A stretch of DNA of 64,000 bases, taken from NCBI GenBank assembly GCA_037441645.1, contig JBBIRU010000016.1:67042-131041 (forward strand), read 5' to 3'. The notes under the pieces are model-generated. The model saw nothing but the letters and a program-made list of their open reading frames with translations. It had not been told where the DNA came from and searched no databases. Of the stretch, positions 59,481 to 64,000 are shown piece after piece. The translations under genes were made by a program, and so were the position numbers. This DNA is from Bacteroidota bacterium. GTDB taxonomy: Bacteria > Bacteroidota > Bacteroidia > Bacteroidales > GWA2-32-17. Numbering within the stretch: the stretch's first letter is position 1; every line of letters starts with the position of its first letter.

Positions 59481-59648
59481 TTATCGTATGCCTTTATTAA
59501 AAATTTTCAACATTTCAAAAACTACAGGCCTGCACCATCTGCAAACAAGGCAGGCTCCTGTTTCATTACAAATTATATCAATATTCTTTGATTTAAATTT
59601 ATCAATTGCATTTAATACCTGTATTTTGAGACAACGGCACAAATACAA
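59481..59648 (-). CDS. Unannotated 55-aa Bfd-like [2Fe-2S]-binding protein (TTG start)
   Basis: Hand translation: (M)YLCRCLKIQVLNAIDKFKSKNIDIICNETGACLVCRWCRPVVFEMLKIFNKGIR*. The C-x-C...C-x2-C layout and the 'xYxCxC' N-terminus parallel E. coli Bfd ('MYVCLC...CGKC'). The ORF is below the 60-aa cutoff of the track. There is no in-frame ATG. Confidence 0.6.
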   Translation of the reverse strand: MYLCRCLKIQVLNAIDKFKSKNIDIICNETGACLVCRWCRPVVFEMLKIFNKGIR

Positions 59649-59685
59649 ATAATAACTTCTTTGGGTCCATTCTAGTTTCCTTTAA

Positions 59686-60003
59686 TCATATCAAAAGCAT
59701 TTTAAATTTCTCGTTGGCATTAACTGCATGGGGCACATTTGCGGGCATAATAATAAAATTCCCTGTTTGAACCTGATAAGGAACCTTATTTATTATTATT
59801 TCCCCAACTCCTTCTACAACCTGAACTACTGCATCGAAGGGAGCGGAATGTTCGCTTAATCCCTGTCCTTTATCGAAGGCAAATAAAGTAAGGTTTCCGG
59901 TTTCCTTTTTTGTAACTATCTTACTTACAATTGCACCTTCTGAATATTCTACAGATTTTGCCAGATCGTAAATATTTGAATGCTGAAAAATTAATTCGTT
60001 CAT
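59686..60003 (-). CDS. Cupin-domain protein
   Basis: I prefer the ATG at 60003 ('MNELIFQHSN...'). Single cupin barrel ('GLSEHSAPFDAVVQVVEGVGEIII...GNFIIMPANVPHAV'). Confidence 0.8.
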   Translation of the reverse strand: MNELIFQHSNIYDLAKSVEYSEGAIVSKIVTKKETGNLTLFAFDKGQGLSEHSAPFDAVVQVVEGVGEIIINKVPYQVQTGNFIIMPANVPHAVNANEKFKMLLI

Positions 60004-60114
60004 ATGTTTATATTTTTTGTAACCAGTTTTTTTACAAACAGTGAGTTGTAATTCAGCAACTGGCAATCAGTAGAATATGCAACTGACTACTAATCACTTA
60101 TATTTACTTAAAAA

Positions 60115-60963
60115 TCACACCCACATTTCCTGCTCTATTTCTCCACTGATTTTTAAAATAACCAATTTAATGGGAACTTTCCGTGCAGCTTTCTCTACTG
60201 CCTGCTGGGCTATGCGCAATAACCCTCCGCAACAGGGAACTTCCATAATAGCTACTGTCAGGGTATTGATTTTAGCATCGTCAACCATAGCTTTGATTTT
60301 GTCAACATAAACTTCCATTTCGGAGTCAAGTTTCGGACAGGCAATGGCAATGGTTTTTCCTTTCATCATTTCGGGGTGAAAACTACCCATAGCAAAAGCA
60401 GTACAATCAGCTGCAATGAGTACATCCGCATTCTGAAAATAAGGCGCTCTCGGACTTACAAGGTGCATCTGAATAGGCCATTGTCTTAATTGTGATGAAA
60501 CTTTTCCTTCAAATGTTGTTTCTTCGTTTGTTTTATCCCTTAAATCAATTGTTTTTGCGCCGGGACATCCGCATTCTGAATGATTTTCCATGTTACTGTT
60601 ATTTTTTAGATTAATAATTATGTTGTTCTTTTTTAAATATTCCAATGCCTGATTATAAAATTGAATTTCACCATGATCTTTAAGATGGTTCAAATGTGCT
60701 TTTATAGTATTTTCACCTTGTTTGGAAATAATTTCCATAACTTTTACTTCATCGTAAGGTTCTGCTTCCCTTTCTTCAATAGTTATCGCACCTTCCGGAC
60801 AATGGCCCAAACATGCTCCCAACCCGTCGCAAAAAAGATCTGAGATTAATCTTGCTTTTCCATCAATAATCTGAAGAGCTCCTTCCTGGCAATTTGGAAT
60901 ACATAATCCACAACCATTACATAATTCTTCATCAATATTTACAATCTTTCTTTTCATTATCAA
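60115..60963 (-). CDS. 4Fe-4S dicluster ferredoxin-domain protein (FrdX-like, ~280 aa)
   Basis: N-terminal 'CNGCGLCIPNCQEGAL' and 'CDGLGACLGHCPEGAI' cluster motifs. C-terminal Cys-containing domain ('IAADCTAF','IACPKLD','VPCCGG'). Confidence 0.8.
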   Translation of the reverse strand: MIMKRKIVNIDEELCNGCGLCIPNCQEGALQIIDGKARLISDLFCDGLGACLGHCPEGAITIEEREAEPYDEVKVMEIISKQGENTIKAHLNHLKDHGEIQFYNQALEYLKKNNIIINLKNNSNMENHSECGCPGAKTIDLRDKTNEETTFEGKVSSQLRQWPIQMHLVSPRAPYFQNADVLIAADCTAFAMGSFHPEMMKGKTIAIACPKLDSEMEVYVDKIKAMVDDAKINTLTVAIMEVPCCGGLLRIAQQAVEKAARKVPIKLVILKISGEIEQEMWV

Positions 60964-60987
60964 TAAGTTGATTTTATAAATATTTTA

Positions 60988-61006
60988 AGTATTTAATTAC
61001 TCAAAT
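60988..61006 (-). promoter_or_regulatory. Operator-like motif AGTATTTAATTACTCAAAT upstream of the ferredoxin gene
   Basis: 18 of 19 nt are identical to 61467-61485. It contains the imperfect palindrome GTAtTTAAtTAC and lies 25 nt upstream of the start at 60963. Confidence 0.55.
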
Positions 61007-61049
61007 GTAATTATCTTTTTTATAATTTCCAAATAAAATCGATAAAAAA

Positions 61050-61448
61050 TTACAAGTATTGATCTATCGTTCTGGATTTCAGATAGTCCCTAAATTCATT
61101 GGTAAGATTAAAAACCTTATTGGTCATGATACACATACCAAAAGGACAGATTTCTTTCTCGAACATACATTCAGAAGATTCTATTTTGCCTTCGATTGCC
61201 TCATAAATATCCAAAAGGGAAACAGTTTTTATATCTTTTTTAATACTAAACCCTCCCTGAGGCCCCCTATGAGAATATAAAAATCCTGCTTTTACCAAAC
61301 GTTGCAACACTTTTGCAACATGATGTTTTGACGTGCTTGTTAGTTCAGCAATTTCCAAAACATTAATTTTACCATCCGAACGTGCAATAAGAATTATCCC
61401 ATGCAACGCTATTGACGCAGCCTCTGATATGTTGATTATTTTACTCAT
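61050..61448 (-). CDS. Rrf2-family transcriptional regulator (three clustered Cys; IscR/NsrR-like)
   Basis: 132 aa. wHTH 'LEIAELTSTSKHHVAKVLQRLVKAGFLYSHRGPQGGF' and a Cys triad in 'ECMFEKEICPFGMC'. Confidence 0.9.
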   Translation of the reverse strand: MSKIINISEAASIALHGIILIARSDGKINVLEIAELTSTSKHHVAKVLQRLVKAGFLYSHRGPQGGFSIKKDIKTVSLLDIYEAIEGKIESSECMFEKEICPFGMCIMTNKVFNLTNEFRDYLKSRTIDQYL

Positions 61449-61466
61449 TCAATAAAAAATAAAAGG

Positions 61467-61485
61467 AGTATTTAATTACGCAAAT
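61467..61485 (-). promoter_or_regulatory. Operator-like motif AGTATTTAATTACGCAAAT upstream of the Rrf2 gene (probable autoregulatory site)
   Basis: Near-identical copy of 60988-61006 in the same orientation, 19 nt upstream of the start at 61448. It sits in the 120-bp divergent region shared with the SprB-repeat gene. Confidence 0.55.
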
Positions 61486-61568
61486 ATAAACTTAATTTGG
61501 TTGTAAAACATATTTTTTATCTTTGCTTAAATATATTTAACATCAAATAATTTAACCATAAAAAATCT

Positions 61569-64000
61569 ATGAAAACACTTTTATCAACTCTCATCTTTTC
61601 ATTTTTTTTAGTTAATTTAATAGTTGGGCAAGCCACTATTAACCTAACTCCAACAAACGTAAGTTGTTTTGGCAGTTGCTCCGGTTCAATTAATAATTCA
61701 GTTACCGGGGGAACTCCACCCTATAATTATACCTGGAGCAATGGAGCAACAACTCAGAACATTTCCGCATTATGCGCCGGAACATATACAGTTACAGTAT
61801 ATGATGCGTTAGGAATGCCTTCTAATAGTTCTGCCACTGTTTCAGAGCCGCCACAATTAATCAGCTCTATTTTATCTTCTTCAAATGTCTCCTGCTATGG
61901 TCTTTCCAATGGAACAGCTACTGCATATGCAACCGGAGGCGTACCGGGTTATACTTATTTATGGTCGAATTCTCAAACTACAGTAACAGCTACAGGATTA
62001 ACTGCCGGAACATATTCGGTTACAGTACATGACGTAAATTTATGTCAATCTGTTTCTACCGTAACCATTACTCAACCAACACAAATTAATTATACTACAG
62101 TTGCTTTAAATAATGTAACTTGTTCTGGAGGAAATGATGGATCATTTAATATTACAGTAACCGGTGGCGTTCCGGCCTATTCTTATAGCTGGACAGGGCC
62201 ATCGGGTTTTACTTCATCCACCGAAGATCAGACTGGTCTTCAGGCAGGAACTTATTATGTTACAATTACGGATGCCAGCGCCTGCAGTATTACCTCTTCT
62301 ATCAGCATTAATGTATCATCAACACTTACTTCCGGTATCTCATCTTTCACAGATGTTACCTGTAATGGAGGCTCCAATGGCTCCGCTACTGTAACTCCAT
62401 CAGGGGGAAACCCACCCTACACTTACCTATGGAACGATCCGGCTCCTGTCCAAACCACAGCAACATGCACAGGATTAACAGCAGGATCGTGGTCTGTAAC
62501 AGTTACAGATGCCAATAGTTGTACTTCAATTTCAACTGCAACAATTATTCAACCTCAGCCAATTACTGCCAATGCTGGTTTTGACCAAACTATTTGTGCA
62601 AATAGTACAATTGCTCTTAACGGATTTATTACTGTAGCAACAGGAGGTATATGGTCTTCAAGTGGTTCAGGTACATTTATTCCGGATAATATTTCATTGA
62701 ATGCAACCTATATTCCTTCAGCATCAGATATTCTTGCAGGAAATGTGATTCTTACTCTTACTACAACGGGTAATGGTTCTTGTAGTTCAGTTTCAGATAA
62801 TATTGTTATCACATTTTTGCCTTCACCTACAGCAACATTTACAGTGCAGTCTCCTATATGTGCAAATGATATATCATCTATTGTTTATACTGGAACAGGT
62901 GGGGTAGGTGATATTTATAACTGGAATTTTAGTGGAGCTATTCTGCTTTCGGGTGTTGCAGGTACTCCGGGGCCATTTACTGTTTCTTGGAATACAGCAA
63001 ATAATTATTTGGTTTCATTAGATGTAATGAGTATAAATGGTTGTTCTAATAACTATCAGGTTATTGCAACAGTAAATGACAATCCTACTGCAACTGGAAC
63101 AATAACCGGTTCAAGTTGCCTTAATAACGATGGAATTATTTCTATTATATGTAATGGAGGAACTGTACCATACTCATATCTTTGGACCAACCTGATGATT
63201 AATGATACGATTTCAGGATTATCATCGGGTATTTACTCACTAACAGTTACAGATGCTAATTCATGTACAACTACTGCAACTTATACTGTTCCTCAAATTT
63301 CTTTTAACGCAAACATAAATGGTTCTGCTTCCTATTCAGGAGGAAATATTCCTATGGGAGAAGCTGTTGCAAATTTATTTGTAGAATCGTCGGGAACAGG
63401 TTCGGCACAGTTTGATTCATTAACTTCTTCTTTCTTTACATCAACCGGCTTTAGTTTCTATAACCTTACACCGGGCAGATATCTTTTAGAAATAGTTCTG
63501 ACAAACCCTGCAAGCTATCCAACGCTTTTAAATACCTACTATAATAATCAGTACTTATGGACTTTGGCAGATACAATAAATCTGGTTTGTGATGACAATT
63601 TAACCTTACCTGTTCAAATGTATGAGATACCAGATACAATGAACGGGAATTGTAATTTAAATGGTACCATAATTCTGTGGTCAGGAAGTAAAGCTGTTGG
63701 CGAACCGGTACCCGGAGCAGAAATATTAATTGAACAGGAGCCCAATGATGTACCTATTCAGTCGGCATATACAGATATTAATGGAAACTACACTCTTCAG
63801 AATATCTCATCCGGAAACGGTTATCATTTACTCGTTGATATTCCCGGATTTCCATTGCTGTCAACATATCTTAATCTTACGATAAACACAACTGATACCT
63901 TACTAAGTAATCTCAATTTTTATTTAGATACAACTCTTGGCGGAGGAATCTTTATCGATACGGCAACCGGTTTTTCAAATCCTTTTGTTGAGTCGGGTAT
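61569..64000 (+). CDS. SprB-repeat cell-surface protein, 5'-partial (runs off the window; absent from the ORF track)
   Basis: I translated the frame from the ATG at 61569 by hand and found it open to 64000 (>810 codons). Signal peptide 'MKTLLSTLIFSFFLVNLIVGQ'. At least 5 units of 'NVSC.G..NG...v..tGG.pPYtY.W....T....gL.AGtY.VTV.Da..C'. A carboxypeptidase-regulatory-like segment follows ('GAEILIEQEPNDVPIQSAYTDINGNYTL'). Confidence 0.85.
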   Translation, partial: MKTLLSTLIFSFFLVNLIVGQATINLTPTNVSCFGSCSGSINNSVTGGTPPYNYTWSNGATTQNISALCAGTYTVTVYDALGMPSNSSATVSEPPQLISSILSSSNVSCYGLSNGTATAYATGGVPGYTYLWSNSQTTVTATGLTAGTYSVTVHDVNLCQSVSTVTITQPTQINYTTVALNNVTCSGGNDGSFNITVTGGVPAYSYSWTGPSGFTSSTEDQTGLQAGTYYVTITDASACSITSSISINVSSTLTSGISSFTDVTCNGGSNGSATVTPSGGNPPYTYLWNDPAPVQTTATCTGLTAGSWSVTVTDANSCTSISTATIIQPQPITANAGFDQTICANSTIALNGFITVATGGIWSSSGSGTFIPDNISLNATYIPSASDILAGNVILTLTTTGNGSCSSVSDNIVITFLPSPTATFTVQSPICANDISSIVYTGTGGVGDIYNWNFSGAILLSGVAGTPGPFTVSWNTANNYLVSLDVMSINGCSNNYQVIATVNDNPTATGTITGSSCLNNDGIISIICNGGTVPYSYLWTNLMINDTISGLSSGIYSLTVTDANSCTTTATYTVPQISFNANINGSASYSGGNIPMGEAVANLFVESSGTGSAQFDSLTSSFFTSTGFSFYNLTPGRYLLEIVLTNPASYPTLLNTYYNNQYLWTLADTINLVCDDNLTLPVQMYEIPDTMNGNCNLNGTIILWSGSKAVGEPVPGAEILIEQEPNDVPIQSAYTDINGNYTLQNISSGNGYHLLVDIPGFPLLSTYLNLTINTTDTLLSNLNFYLDTTLGGGIFIDTATGFSNPFVESG

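Noticed and set aside
59602-59670. ATG-initiated 22-codon ORF 'MDPKKLLFVFVPLSQNTGIKCN' after the cupin gene
   Set aside because: It terminates early and has no motif. The adjacent frame from TTG 59648 gives a full Bfd-like domain, so the ATG frame is probably not the gene.

Overview
This is a low-GC chromosomal segment of Bacteroidota type. The phylum call rests on a T9SS C-terminal sorting domain, SprB repeats, a TonB-receptor/DUF4249 pair and TAnnTTTG-type -7 promoter motifs. I support about 50 protein genes, 5 tRNAs, one candidate structured ncRNA, several hairpin+U-run terminators and three small intergenic repeat loci. No transposase, phage gene, CRISPR array or recognisable defence gene was seen.

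Core content:
- a hybrid histidine kinase with a stand-alone Hpt protein
- two multi-FKBP isomerases, then rny
- zapA followed by a 6S-like RNA candidate
- anmK, an Fe-ADH, a phosphohexomutase and mltG
- the fully conserved block tRNA(Thr-Tyr-Gly-Thr)-tuf-tRNA(Trp)-secE-nusG-rplKAJL-rpoBC-DUF3467
- hpf, a xer-like recombinase, rpsU, fba and queE

Envelope content:
- a TonB receptor, DUF4249, T9SS-cargo operon
- a DUF2807 protein and a GT2 glycosyltransferase
- an Omp85-family protein
- a 2055-aa alpha-2-macroglobulin flanked by two OmpA-domain proteins
- a 5'-partial SprB-repeat giant adhesin that runs off the window and is absent from the ORF track

The stand-out region is 53.1-59.3 kb. Three tandem minus-strand transcription units encode a tetrahaem + Tat-FeS + NrfD-type quinol module, a three-TM heptahaem NapC/NirT (ImcH-like) cytochrome, and an outer-membrane beta-barrel paired with a lipoprotein pentahaem cytochrome carrying a Geobacter-type CX4CH...CXXCH signature. 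That is 16 haem sites with no terminal reductase subunit in the window. I read it as a candidate, architecturally unusual, extracellular electron transfer conduit.

Immediately upstream lies an Rrf2-regulator operon (ferredoxin, cupin, and an unannotated Bfd-like ORF with a TTG start). A 19-nt operator-like motif is duplicated in front of two of its genes.

All assignments come from reading motifs in the supplied translations and sequence. No database search was run.
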